In this document: positions 47,790-58,376 of the stretch, piece by piece
How positions within the stretch are numbered: position 1 is the stretch's first letter
Layout: each line of letters opens with the position of its first letter
Assembly: GCA_965209155.1 (NCBI GenBank)
Contig: OZ242383.1
Coordinates: 2,016,001-2,080,000, forward strand
Source of the DNA: a bacterium
GTDB taxonomy: Bacteria; SAR324; NAC60-12
DNA: 64,000 nt
Direction: 5' to 3'
Translations under genes and position numbers: made by a program
Notes under the pieces: generated by a model
The model's database searches: none
What the model saw: the letters and a program-made list of their open reading frames with translations, nothing else
What the model was told of the DNA's origin: nothing

Positions 47790-49187
47790 ATGATCAACAC
47801 CAAAATAATCTGCACTATCGGCCCTGCCAGTGAATCATATGAAATGCTGCACCAGATGTATAACGCCGGTATGAACATTGCGCGATTCAATATGTCTCAT
47901 GGCGATCACGCATCCCATACCAGGATCTTCAACCATATACACGAGCTGAACCGGGAAATCGAATTTCCCATCGGTTTATTGCTGGACACGCAAGGACCGG
48001 AAATTCGTACGGGTTACTCTGATTTTACTTTGCACCAAGGAAACACCATTGAAGTGACTGTGGACGGTGATGAAGATCGTGTTCGCGGCTCGTTATTTAT
48101 CGGATATCCCGATTTGATCAACACATTGGATATTGGTGACCCGTTGATGATCGACAATGGGTTGATTAATTTAGTAGTCTTGGATAAACACAAGAATTCC
48201 ATGACGTGCCGGGTGCTCGATGGAGGACATATCAAAGGAAGGCGCCATGTCAATTTACCGGGAATCGCAGTCAATCTTCCTGCGATTACGCCGAAAGACA
48301 AAGAAGATATTTTATTCGGCGTTGCGCATGGCGTGGATTTCATCGCCCTCTCCTTTGTGCGAAGAGCGCAAAATATCCGCGAATTGAAAAATCTTCTCGG
48401 AAGAAAAGCCGAAAAGTTGCAAATCATTGCCAAAATAGAAAATCAGGAGGGTTTGGAAAATCTTGAAGAAATTTTGAGGGAAGCCGATGGGATTATGGTT
48501 GCCCGTGGTGACTTGGGAGTGGAAATCGACATGGAAGATCTACCCCACATCCAACGCCGCATTGCCTATTTGTGCGGAAAAAACGGCAAACGGTTGATCG
48601 TGGCAACGCACTTGCTGGAATCCATGATTGATAATCCGATTCCCACGAGAGCGGAAGCGACTGACGTGGCCAATGCAGTTTTCGAGGATGCGGATGCGCT
48701 CTTGTTATCAGGTGAAACTTCAGTGGGAAATTATCCATTGAAGTGTATCGAATACCTGGTCAGAATGGCTAAAAAAACAGAAACCTTTCCAAGCGTTCTC
48801 TACGCCCGCCGGGAACTCGTCGTCAGATCCAAAAAACAGCAAATTGCGCGCTCGGCAGAACAACTCACCAGACAGCTCAAATGCAAGGGCCTTCTCGTCA
48901 TCACAAAATCAGGTAACACCGCCGCATGCGTAGCCAATTGTCGAACATACGGCTTCCCTACTTTTGCTTTCACTAACAATGTCAAAACCTTTCGGTTGAT
49001 GACCCTCTTTCGGGGAATTCATCCCTTTCTGATCGAGTTCAAAGATCCGGAACAAACCATTGGAAATGCTTTCAATAAACTCAAGCAACGACGCATCGTG
49101 CAAAAAGGTGACCTGGTGGTCATCATTTCGGATATGCAGGTAGAAACCGGGCTTGTGGATTCTATTCAAATCCGTCCGATCCATTGA
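47790..49187 (+). CDS. pyk: Pyruvate kinase
   Basis: TKIICTIGP, RFNMSHG, DTQGPEIR, AKIE, MVARGDLG, SGET. Confidence 0.97.
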   Translation: MINTKIICTIGPASESYEMLHQMYNAGMNIARFNMSHGDHASHTRIFNHIHELNREIEFPIGLLLDTQGPEIRTGYSDFTLHQGNTIEVTVDGDEDRVRGSLFIGYPDLINTLDIGDPLMIDNGLINLVVLDKHKNSMTCRVLDGGHIKGRRHVNLPGIAVNLPAITPKDKEDILFGVAHGVDFIALSFVRRAQNIRELKNLLGRKAEKLQIIAKIENQEGLENLEEILREADGIMVARGDLGVEIDMEDLPHIQRRIAYLCGKNGKRLIVATHLLESMIDNPIPTRAEATDVANAVFEDADALLLSGETSVGNYPLKCIEYLVRMAKKTETFPSVLYARRELVVRSKKQQIARSAEQLTRQLKCKGLLVITKSGNTAACVANCRTYGFPTFAFTNNVKTFRLMTLFRGIHPFLIEFKDPEQTIGNAFNKLKQRRIVQKGDLVVIISDMQVETGLVDSIQIRPIH

Positions 49188-49230
49188 CTCACCGGCATGT
49201 TTCCATTATGAGATGCAATTTGGAAAAAAA

Positions 49231-49593
49231 ATGTCTGAAAATTTCAATGATACTTGGATTATCCCTCGTCTTGATCGGCTGCCAAACCATTTCGTCATAT
49301 TTCACGCCGAAACCAATCGAACCGGAATCAACGAACCCGCAAAAACCTTGGTGAAGATCATTGATAGAACCAACGAAAGGCAAAAAAGCGAGGATGAAAG
49401 AGGCAACAATGAATACAATCTGGCTCTTGGAGAACGACGCGACTATTCGGTCCTCAAATTCCTGGTTGCCATGGGTGCCAATCCCAGTCAATTTTCTATA
49501 ATCAGCTATGAAGAGGAACGTCCGGCCATTATTGATAGTAAAGATGAGCCATGCTTTGAAAAAAACAGACGCGTTGAATTGGTCAGGCATTGA
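49231..49593 (+). pseudogene. Degenerate or truncated Pal/OmpA C-terminal domain
   Basis: DERGNNEYNLALGERR, ISYEEERP, KNRRVE; no lipoprotein signal and no GHxD lead-in. Confidence 0.6.
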
Positions 49594-49600
49594 AAGAGCT

Positions 49601-50305
49601 ATGAAATTTTGGGCCGCAAGTGGATTTTTTTGTTTGACATTCTTATTTTCCTGGCAGGCAACTGCTGCGGAAACATATGAGTTGGATCCTGAACACAGGG
49701 GAGTACTTTATCTGGGCGACTATCAGATTTTTCCTGAAAACCGTCTGGGGAATGCGCTTTATTACAAATACAAACTACTGATTTCGGCACCAGATCGTCA
49801 AATCCTGAAGTTTTATGAAATTCCGGAAACGCAAAGTTTGGTTTATTTGTATGCGGATGCGCAACAAGCCCTGGCCTTGGATGTTTATGATTTTTCGGAA
49901 GAAAAGGAATCCCGGATCAAAAGAGTGGACAATGAGTTTTACGAAGTTTGGATGCCGGGAAATCGTAAAATTTTCCGTATTTATGAAAACGATCTTGTGG
50001 GTCTGACCACTCATTTGAAAACTGCAACCGGTTTGACTCCATCTCACTCCCATATTGCCTATTATCATATCGAAAGTTCAGAAGTTGTTTCAGCAGAAGA
50101 TGAGGCGGAGCAGCGCGTTTATTATTTCCGGATTCATGTAATGAAACGAAGTGAGATCAAGCCGATAAAACTTAGCGAAGTGATCCGGGACACCCAGGCT
50201 TCGCTTAAACTTACCTGGATTGATGCGCGTACTTTAAGCTATCGTTTGTCTGATGGCACTTCCCACGAAATCGACGTTGCTTCCCAGCTGCCGGATTACT
50301 TCTAA
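49601..50305 (+). CDS. Exported hypothetical protein
   Basis: Signal peptide MKFWAASGFFCLTFLFSWQATA; beta-rich body. Confidence 0.7.
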   Translation: MKFWAASGFFCLTFLFSWQATAAETYELDPEHRGVLYLGDYQIFPENRLGNALYYKYKLLISAPDRQILKFYEIPETQSLVYLYADAQQALALDVYDFSEEKESRIKRVDNEFYEVWMPGNRKIFRIYENDLVGLTTHLKTATGLTPSHSHIAYYHIESSEVVSAEDEAEQRVYYFRIHVMKRSEIKPIKLSEVIRDTQASLKLTWIDARTLSYRLSDGTSHEIDVASQLPDYF

Positions 50306-50317
50306 ACCTGCCTGTTC

Positions 50318-51997
50318 ATGCGGACTCACGCAACAGCGATCATTATATTGAGCAGTCACCTGATTTTGTTCTCCCTGCTCAATAACCTGATCAATCCCCA
50401 TCCGGATATGCTGGATCATTGGGTGTGGTCTCAGCACTTATTCCTTTCCTATTACGAGCACCCCCCGATGGTGGCATGGGCCATTCGGCTTTTCACGACT
50501 TTTGCGGGAAATTCGGAAACAGCTCTGGAGTTCGCCGCCCTGTTTTATAATCTCCTGGTTCTGGCATTGAGTTATGGGATATGTTATCTGCTTTTTGGAA
50601 TAAGGGCGGCGGTTTTTTATTTGATTATACTGGAGTCGACGCCTTATTTTTTCATAGGATCCGTTTTTTTACACATCGACCAACCCTTTCTGGTTTTCTG
50701 GCTTCTCAATCTTTATTTTCTTTGTCGCTTTCATAAAACCCATGCGAAGCGGTGGTTGATCCTGATTGGGGTCACTGCGGGTTTGGGCGCCCTTTCCAAA
50801 TATATTACCATCTTGTTTTATCTCGGCGCGTTGATCCACCTGCTTTCCTACAAAGATCAACGTCACCATTTGAAAAATCCCTGGATTTATTTTGCAGGTT
50901 TCATTTCATTGTTGATATTCACTCCGGTCTTGATCTGGAACTTCCAAAACGACTGGATTTCCTTTCGATTCCAGATCGGTCGAGGCCTATCAGCAACTCC
51001 TTCGGTGAAAAGTTTCATTTTGTTCAGCGTGGGGCACCTGATTCTCTTTTCAATAGTTTGGTCATGGTGGAGTATATACCAGGTTTGGCGGAGTCGAAGA
51101 GAGCTTCTTCCGGGGTGGAGGGATAAGTCGAAGTACCCTGAATCCATCATCGTCATTCTTTCGGCAGTCCCTTTTATTTTTTTTTCCATGGCGAGTTTTC
51201 ATGGGACAATTGCCGACCCGCACTGGCTGAATGTCAGCTACCTGGGGCTCATGATGCTGAGTGGAAAAACTTTGTCGCAAACATGGGAGCTTCATCGTGC
51301 GGAAATCAGAAAGCCATTCTCGCTTTCAACCGGTACTATTAAGATTTTGGCAGGAGGAGGATTATTCGTCAACATTGCGGTTCTCGTTTTTGTTTTTTGG
51401 CACGTCAAACAACCCCTGGTCGAATTTCCCCAATATCAGATTAAAGACTTCCACTCTTTCGCCCGTTACGGAATTTCGCAGGAGGTCACCGGTAAATTGC
51501 AGGTGCTTAAAAATGAACCACTTTTAACGCGGGACGAATTCCTCGGTCGACTGCAGCATGCTTTAAGCAAGGAAGAACTGCAGTTATATCGAGAACGAAT
51601 TCTAAAGATTGCTATTCATCCCCATTACGATCGAATCACTCCAGTGACAGCCTGGAAAGAAACCGGGGATCAGCTAACGGCATTGTTGCAAAAGAAAGGG
51701 ATCAAATCCGTGGATTTTATTGTTTCGAGAGAATACCAGTTGAGCAGCGCGGTTTCCTTTTTTCTCCCTGACCATCCTCTTCCTCACACGGTGGAAAAAC
51801 CGGAACGCAACCAATGGAGCCGCTTGGAAGATTTAAGTGACAAACAAGGAGTTATATTATGCAGAATTCAAAGCTGCGGTCGCGTTCTTGAATGGAGCAG
51901 AAACGATTTAAAACGGGAGCCCATCCGTTGGGGGGAACTCGAAATCGTCAAAAACAATCGCCTGGTCCGTCTCTTGGAAGTTTATGGATTTGAATAA
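50318..51997 (+). CDS. ArnT/PMT_2-type (GT-C) membrane glycosyltransferase
   Basis: SYYEHPPMVAW, LSKY, PVLIWN..DWISF; many TM helices. Confidence 0.85.
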   Translation: MRTHATAIIILSSHLILFSLLNNLINPHPDMLDHWVWSQHLFLSYYEHPPMVAWAIRLFTTFAGNSETALEFAALFYNLLVLALSYGICYLLFGIRAAVFYLIILESTPYFFIGSVFLHIDQPFLVFWLLNLYFLCRFHKTHAKRWLILIGVTAGLGALSKYITILFYLGALIHLLSYKDQRHHLKNPWIYFAGFISLLIFTPVLIWNFQNDWISFRFQIGRGLSATPSVKSFILFSVGHLILFSIVWSWWSIYQVWRSRRELLPGWRDKSKYPESIIVILSAVPFIFFSMASFHGTIADPHWLNVSYLGLMMLSGKTLSQTWELHRAEIRKPFSLSTGTIKILAGGGLFVNIAVLVFVFWHVKQPLVEFPQYQIKDFHSFARYGISQEVTGKLQVLKNEPLLTRDEFLGRLQHALSKEELQLYRERILKIAIHPHYDRITPVTAWKETGDQLTALLQKKGIKSVDFIVSREYQLSSAVSFFLPDHPLPHTVEKPERNQWSRLEDLSDKQGVILCRIQSCGRVLEWSRNDLKREPIRWGELEIVKNNRLVRLLEVYGFE

Positions 51998-52126
51998 ATC
52001 TTCCTCGATACGGCAATGGAGCGCACTCCTGGTGTGCCTCATCACCTTCACCGTCGAAGCGAGCAGGTGTGGTATGCAAACGTATGCCGACCACCCGAGC
52101 ATTCAGGAATCTGCAAATTGGAAATC

Positions 52127-52828
52127 TCAAGATTCCTGCATTTTTCTGATACGTCGATTCATGAACTCACTAGCAGCCAAAGCTAAAAAGGAAAGCAGGA
52201 TTGAAAGCAGGAACAAGCGAAAAGTTTCATTTTCAGTGTTGGGTTGCTGAAGCAAATTGAACATTGCGAGTGGTAAGGTCATCGTTTCTCCCTGGATACT
52301 GGAGACAAAAGTGATTGTTGCTCCAAATTCACCGAGGCTGCGAGCAAAAAGGAGCAGAATACCGCTGACCAAACCCGGAACAATCAAAGGGAGCGTAACC
52401 GTAAAGAAAACTCTTACCGTGTTTGATCCAAGTGTTTTAGCGACATCTTCCAATCCCGTATCCACCGCTTCCATTGAGATCCTCAGTGCACGAACCAATA
52501 AAGGAAACGACACAACCATGGAAGCCAAAACAGCGCCTCTCCAGGAAAATGAGAAGCTGATTCCCAGATAACTATCCAGCCATTGACCGAGAATGCCTCT
52601 TTTTCCAAATAGAATGAGAAGCGCATATCCCGTCGCCGTAGGAGGCATGACAAGGGGTAAATGAATGACCACCTCCATTAGAATTTTCCCGTAAAACTGG
52701 CAACGTACCAGAATCCAGCTGCAGGCAAGACCTGGAACAATGCTAACCACGACGCACCAGAATGCTACCTTCAATGAGAGCCATAATGCCTCCTGTTCCA
52801 ATTGAGAAAGATGCAAATATTCACTCAT
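52127..52828 (-). CDS. modB: Molybdate ABC transporter permease
   Basis: LPLVMPPTATG, FARSLGEFGATI, TLPLA. Confidence 0.93.
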   Translation of the reverse strand: MSEYLHLSQLEQEALWLSLKVAFWCVVVSIVPGLACSWILVRCQFYGKILMEVVIHLPLVMPPTATGYALLILFGKRGILGQWLDSYLGISFSFSWRGAVLASMVVSFPLLVRALRISMEAVDTGLEDVAKTLGSNTVRVFFTVTLPLIVPGLVSGILLLFARSLGEFGATITFVSSIQGETMTLPLAMFNLLQQPNTENETFRLFLLSILLSFLALAASEFMNRRIRKMQES

Positions 52829-52887
52829 GATTTCGTCAGGATGTCGGGAAATGGAGACGGCTCGGTCGAAGATTCCCGGGACTGGGA

Positions 52888-53358
52888 TCAACTGATCGAT
52901 TTGTGGGATTTACCGCCAGTTTTTTCCACCAAATAAGTCGCTTCAATGACCATGCTTTTAGAAACCGATTTGCACATGTCATACAAAGTGAGCGCTGCAA
53001 CGGAAGCTGCTGTGAGCGCCTCCATTTCAACTCCCGTGACTGCCGCTGTTTTGACCTCCGCTTCAATGAGGACATGCTCACCTTGCAAGACGATGTTGAT
53101 TCCGACACTGGAAAGCGGCAATGGATGGCACATGGGAATCAATTCGGCAGTCCGTTTAGCAGCCTGGATTCCCGCGACAACCGCCGTTTGAAAAACCGGC
53201 CCTTTTTTCGTACTTCCCGTTTCCCGTAACAACCGGCTCAGTTCCGAGCCAAGGCGTACGCGTGACGCGGCGACGGCTCTTCGTTCCGTAACGGATTTTG
53301 CGGAGACATCCACCATTTTTGGCAGGTCGTTGTCCGAGAGATGGCTGAATTGAGTCAT
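52888..53358 (-). CDS. moaC: Cyclic pyranopterin monophosphate synthase
   Basis: MVDVSAK, LIPMCHP, TGVEMEALT, YDMCK. Confidence 0.97.
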   Translation of the reverse strand: MTQFSHLSDNDLPKMVDVSAKSVTERRAVAASRVRLGSELSRLLRETGSTKKGPVFQTAVVAGIQAAKRTAELIPMCHPLPLSSVGINIVLQGEHVLIEAEVKTAAVTGVEMEALTAASVAALTLYDMCKSVSKSMVIEATYLVEKTGGKSHKSIS

Positions 53359-54596
53359 AATTCCATTGCCACTGTGGAGATCAAAGGGCGGACTTTCACG
53401 GAAGCGCCTTTGGGAAGGATCTCTTCGTTTTCCGGAACGACTACCAATGCATTCGCTCCTGCCAGGGAACTGAGACTATGGGATCCCTGCACCGGCAATG
53501 GCGCTACGTGAAACTGATTTTGATCTTTTCTCAAAAAGGCGCGAATAAACTGTCTCCGATCGGATTGTTCCGTGATATCGAAATCCAACTCAGCAGTTAT
53601 GAAAGAATTTTCCAGTTTGCGACGCCCCATGGCTTTGCGGATGGAGGGGCGCGCGTATTCTTCAAAAATGACATAACCGGCAGCGGGATTGCCAGGCAAA
53701 CCAAAAATCAGGGTTTTCTCGTTTTCTCCACGTTGGTGGATTGCAAAATAGAAAGGTTTTCCTGGTTTAATGCGTACTTTCCAAAAGATTTCCTCCGCAC
53801 CGATATCTACGAGCGCGTCCTTGACAAAATCCCGTTCCCCCATTGAGACGCCACCCGTGATGAGGATCAAGTCTGCCTGGAGGTGAGCGTTGAGAATTTC
53901 GTAGATCAAGCGAGGATCGTCCTTGACAATACCGACCCGGTGCGTATTGCATTGTTCTTCTCGAGCAAGGGCGGCGAGCATGTAACTGTTCACGTCACGA
54001 ATTTTTCCAGGCTCGAGAGGCAGGTCCACATCGATCAATTCACTGCCCGTGGTAATCACGACAACGTTAAGGGGCGGTTGCACCAATACCCTGGAATATC
54101 CAAAAGCTGCGAGCAAAGTGACCTGGGAGGGGCCAATTTTCTCTCCTCGAGAAAGTACGATTTGTCCTTCTTGAATATCTTCTCCCTTGAATCGAACATG
54201 CTGGTTTTTTTGAGGGGCTTGCATGAACCAGATCCGGTCTCCGTCTGCCCGTGCTTGTTCTTTCATCACGATGGTATCGGCACCGTCTGGAAGTTCTGCT
54301 CCCGTTGCAATCTGAAAACATTCTCCTTGCTCGAGAGGTTGCAGACTCCGGTCCCCGGCGGCGATAAAATCAATCATTTTCAAAGACACGGGAGCGACTT
54401 CGCTGGCATATATCAAATCTCCGGTTCTCATGGCATAACCATCCATGGCTGAATTGTCAAAGGCGGGGACCGAACAAGTGGCTTGGACGTCTTCTGCAAG
54501 GACGAACCCCAGACTTTCCTCCAATCCTATTGAAAGTGGAGCTTTTAATTGGGTGTGTTCTAAAACGATTCTTTTTGCTTCATCAGGATCGAGCAT
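53355..54596 (-). CDS. moeA: Molybdopterin molybdotransferase
   Basis: NSAMDGYA, TGSEL, TGGVSMG..D, KPGKP, LPGNP. Confidence 0.96.
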   Translation of the reverse strand: MLDPDEAKRIVLEHTQLKAPLSIGLEESLGFVLAEDVQATCSVPAFDNSAMDGYAMRTGDLIYASEVAPVSLKMIDFIAAGDRSLQPLEQGECFQIATGAELPDGADTIVMKEQARADGDRIWFMQAPQKNQHVRFKGEDIQEGQIVLSRGEKIGPSQVTLLAAFGYSRVLVQPPLNVVVITTGSELIDVDLPLEPGKIRDVNSYMLAALAREEQCNTHRVGIVKDDPRLIYEILNAHLQADLILITGGVSMGERDFVKDALVDIGAEEIFWKVRIKPGKPFYFAIHQRGENEKTLIFGLPGNPAAGYVIFEEYARPSIRKAMGRRKLENSFITAELDFDITEQSDRRQFIRAFLRKDQNQFHVAPLPVQGSHSLSSLAGANALVVVPENEEILPKGASVKVRPLISTVAMEL

Positions 54597-54747
54597 TATT
54601 TTCTTTGCTGGAATTTAAACGAGCGTTACTCCGGGTTCAACGATAGAGTCCGAATTCCGCAGCACCATTTATTTGACTCGATTCTTACATTGAATGCGAG
54701 TGAAAGGCAATTCTGTTTTCAAGAAGAAGCGTTCCTCTTTTATTTTG

Positions 54748-57006
54748 TCAAAACAGGGATAATTCCTGCCACACTTCACTGAATTCTGCTTGAAGCAATG
54801 TATACCGCAAAGCAGGACTGGCGTTATTCACTGCCAATCGAATTGCATTTTCCATCCCGATGATGACGACAAGCTGTTTACCACGTGTCATGGCCGTGTA
54901 AAGTAAATTCCTTTGCAGCATCACATAATGATGAGTGGTCAAAGGTAAAATCACAGCCGGGTATTCACTCCCTTGAGATTTGTGAACAGAAATAGCATAG
55001 GCAAGATTGAGTTGGTCCAGCTCTTCAGTTTCATATGGAACCAATTGAGTATCAAAGCGAACAACCACACGTTTCGAGTAGGGATCACATTCAATGATAA
55101 GACCCACATCTCCATTGAAAATTTCTTTTTCATAATCATTTTGCTGTTGAATCACCTTATCTCCCACCTTGAAGACCTGATCCTTATATTCCAAAGAAAC
55201 AGTGGAACGATTGATGGTTTTCTGCAACTGTCGATTGAGGTGAATGGATCCCGTAATTCCCCGGTGCATGGGAGTGAGCACTTGAATATCTGTTTTGGGA
55301 TCAAAGGCAAAGCGTTTGGGAATCCGTTTCGTGACCAAGGTAATTATTTTTTCCACTACTTTATGCGGATCTGTTTCGCGGATGAAGTAAAAATCCAGCA
55401 AGTCTTCGGACTTTGTAAAGGAACTATTGGCTTGCGGTGAACTTTTAGCACGAATGATGGGAAAAATTCCCCGGCGAATATGATGCGCGTTGACAGTAAT
55501 CAAACTGTCAGCGGCCTGCCTGAAAATTCTTTCAAGTCTTACCACCGGTATGATTTCTGAAAGAATCAAATTCAACAATACAGCGCCTGGTCCCACCGAA
55601 GGAAGCTGATCTACGTCCCCAACCAGGATAAGCCGGGCTTCCGTTCGAATGGCGTCCAATAACGCTGCCATCAAAGGCGTGTCCACCATGGAGATTTCGT
55701 CGATAATCACCAATTCGCTTTCTATCGGATTCTCCCGGTCATTTTCAAATCCTTGTCGTGATGCTCCTAAAAGCCGGTGAATCGTCGACGCCGGGCGATG
55801 ATTGGTCTCCGCCATTCTTTTGGCTGCTCTTCCCGTGGGGGCCGCCAGCGCTACATGAGGAATATGACTGCGAACAAGCTCCAGAATGAAGCGAATAATG
55901 GTAGTTTTTCCGGTTCCTGGTCCTCCGGTGATGATTAAGACTTTGTGATTCAAAGCCGCGAGTACCGCATCCCGTTGCGCCGGGTCCAACGAAATTTTCA
56001 GTTTTTTTTCCACCCCACCAATTAACCATTCGGGCTGATCAAATTCAGTATAAGCTTCATTTTTCAGAATGCGGGAAAGATCTTCCGCAATGCGCCTTTC
56101 GGCATGATACAACCTTGGCTGGGCGATCACTTCTCGTGAAACCGGGTCTGGGGCAATCACTTTCATCGTCTTGGTCTTGAGCAAACGATCATTGAGCAAT
56201 TGCTGGATTGCCTCGATCACGATACTTTTTTCAATTCCCAAATCAACAGCAGTTTTTTCAGTGAGTAAATCTCGTGGATAACAAGTATGTCCTTGCAGGG
56301 AAAGCTGGCTCAACACATACAAAGTTCCGGCGATAGCCCGTTTTTGAGAATTGACGTCAAAACCCAGGTTGCGGGCAATCTGGTCGGCAATCTGAAAACC
56401 AATACCTTGGATCTCGGTGAGCCGGTAAGGATTGTTTTTCAACACCGGAATGGCATTCAAGCCAAAGTGTTGTAATATCTTGAGGGCTTGCGCGGAAGAA
56501 CTGCCTATTTCGTGAAGAAAAGTCAGGATATCCCGTTCACCTTTTTTTTCTTCCCATACTTCCAGGAGTTGCTTGAGTTGCTTTTTGTTGAACCTCGCAA
56601 CTTTGAGCAATTCCCGCGGAGACTCGTCAATGACCCGAAACGTTTCTTCTCCAAATTTCTTCACAATCCGGCTTGCAGTTTTTTTACCGATTCCTGGAAT
56701 ATCCGAGCTGAGATAGCGTTCAATACCCCGTGGGGATTTTGGCAAAACCGGAGCAAATTCGAGTACTGCCAATTGTTTGCCATAAATTTTATGCACTTCC
56801 CACTTCCCTTTAATTTCAACGATGGATTTTTCACCCACATTGAAGACAATGCCTTTGATGGTGATGCGTTCCTGAGTGTTTTCCGGTAAAAAGCTGGCAA
56901 TCATAAACCCGGTTTCCGGCTGCGTGTATACAATTCTCTCTAGAGATCCAACCAGGGTGACCTCCGTTCCGACGGCAGTGCGTTGATGCGATTGCTGCTG
57001 AGACAA
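54748..57006 (-). CDS. recD2: ATP-dependent RecD2-like helicase
   Basis: HhH repeats, GGPGTGKT, IIDEISM, GDVDQLP, HKSQGSEY. Confidence 0.95.
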   Translation of the reverse strand: MSQQQSHQRTAVGTEVTLVGSLERIVYTQPETGFMIASFLPENTQERITIKGIVFNVGEKSIVEIKGKWEVHKIYGKQLAVLEFAPVLPKSPRGIERYLSSDIPGIGKKTASRIVKKFGEETFRVIDESPRELLKVARFNKKQLKQLLEVWEEKKGERDILTFLHEIGSSSAQALKILQHFGLNAIPVLKNNPYRLTEIQGIGFQIADQIARNLGFDVNSQKRAIAGTLYVLSQLSLQGHTCYPRDLLTEKTAVDLGIEKSIVIEAIQQLLNDRLLKTKTMKVIAPDPVSREVIAQPRLYHAERRIAEDLSRILKNEAYTEFDQPEWLIGGVEKKLKISLDPAQRDAVLAALNHKVLIITGGPGTGKTTIIRFILELVRSHIPHVALAAPTGRAAKRMAETNHRPASTIHRLLGASRQGFENDRENPIESELVIIDEISMVDTPLMAALLDAIRTEARLILVGDVDQLPSVGPGAVLLNLILSEIIPVVRLERIFRQAADSLITVNAHHIRRGIFPIIRAKSSPQANSSFTKSEDLLDFYFIRETDPHKVVEKIITLVTKRIPKRFAFDPKTDIQVLTPMHRGITGSIHLNRQLQKTINRSTVSLEYKDQVFKVGDKVIQQQNDYEKEIFNGDVGLIIECDPYSKRVVVRFDTQLVPYETEELDQLNLAYAISVHKSQGSEYPAVILPLTTHHYVMLQRNLLYTAMTRGKQLVVIIGMENAIRLAVNNASPALRYTLLQAEFSEVWQELSLF

Positions 57007-57072
57007 AATGACCTCTTTAGTGCGCAGAGAATCGAATTGAAAGCGATAAACGCTTGTTCGGGTTCGTGGCGT

Positions 57073-58077
57073 TTAATACGCCAAATTTCTCATAAAGTGG
57101 ATCCATAGCGCTTCCAACGCCAGGGAAACGTTGGCATTCAACAAGATCCGTTGCCGGGTGAGCACGACCTGATCATAAGCAATTCTGATTTTTGACGAGG
57201 GAATCTTTTGTAAACAGTCTCGAAGTTGATCCAAACGGTCCTGGTTGATCAAGTGTTCTTCCCCCAAATTGTTTGCCATCCATTCCAGATCGCGAAGCCA
57301 AAACTCTAAAAAATCGAGCATGTAGCTCCATTCTTTTTCCTTTGCGGAATTCCATATTCCAAGGGTATTGAAGATTTCTTCCATTCCTGTTACGGAAAGG
57401 TTACTGAAAAATGCAATCAAGGTTTCTCTCATATTTTGCAGCAGGTCGACCTTGGCTACCCAATCCGGACGAACCTGGCCCAAGGCAAAACGGGTAAGAA
57501 AAAGAACCTGATCCTCTGTCAGCGTTTCATGAGTTCGCAAAATTGCCAGAATATGTTTTTTACTCAACAGTCGAAAACGGAGCAAACAGCAGCGGGAAAC
57601 TATGGTTTCCGAAAGCTGTTGCGGATGTTCGGCGAGGAGAACGATAAGGGTCTGGGGAGGTGGCTCTTCCAATGTTTTGAGAAAAGCGTTTGTCGATTCC
57701 TTGTTCATTTTTTCCGCTTGGACCAAGCCCAGAACACGATAGCGCTTGGCTGCAGAACGCAGCCGCAGCCATTTGAGCGCTTCCTTGATTTGTTCGATTT
57801 TAATGAATGGACCAGTAGGTTTGATAATTGAAAATTCAGGAAAACTTTGACCGGCAATCTGCAGGCACGAGTTACATTGTCCACAGGCATCCATTCCACC
57901 AATTGAAGCTCCCGCTTGCGAACAATTGAGTGTCTGGGCCAAAGCTTGCAGGGTTTTTTGCTTGCCGATATGGTGGGCTCCGACAAACAAGAATGCTGAA
58001 GGTAACTGCTGATGCTGGATGGATTTTTTTAAATAGTCAATGGCGTCATCTTGACCAAGGACTTCAGAAAAAGCCAT
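57073..58077 (-). CDS. holB: DNA polymerase III delta' subunit
   Basis: CGQCNSC, NAFLKTLEEPP, TIVSRC; downstream of tmk. Confidence 0.92.
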   Translation of the reverse strand: MAFSEVLGQDDAIDYLKKSIQHQQLPSAFLFVGAHHIGKQKTLQALAQTLNCSQAGASIGGMDACGQCNSCLQIAGQSFPEFSIIKPTGPFIKIEQIKEALKWLRLRSAAKRYRVLGLVQAEKMNKESTNAFLKTLEEPPPQTLIVLLAEHPQQLSETIVSRCCLLRFRLLSKKHILAILRTHETLTEDQVLFLTRFALGQVRPDWVAKVDLLQNMRETLIAFFSNLSVTGMEEIFNTLGIWNSAKEKEWSYMLDFLEFWLRDLEWMANNLGEEHLINQDRLDQLRDCLQKIPSSKIRIAYDQVVLTRQRILLNANVSLALEALWIHFMRNLAY

Positions 58078-58145
58078 AGACGTGTCTGTATTTGTTACAA
58101 AGTCGAATCACAAATTCGGTAGGAAACCCGCTCCTTCCGGGAATT

Positions 58146-58169
58146 CCATGTTGAAATATTTCAACATGG
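58146..58169. other. 24-bp perfect palindrome
   Basis: CCATGTTGAAATATTTCAACATGG equals its own reverse complement. Confidence 0.85.
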
Positions 58170-58376
58170 GATCAAAACTTTTACTGATTCTCCCGCTCTG
58201 ATTTGTTTGATAAAAAAGTCTCGGTAAACTATTTCAAAACTTTCAAAAAAGTCTGTCCTCCTTTGACTTGAAAAAGCCATTAGATTCTATAAGCCACTGA
58301 ATTTATTAGTTTCTATCTTGAGTATATCCAGTTTAACGAATATTCTTTAAAGTTTAAATATAAATTTCTTTGCAAT

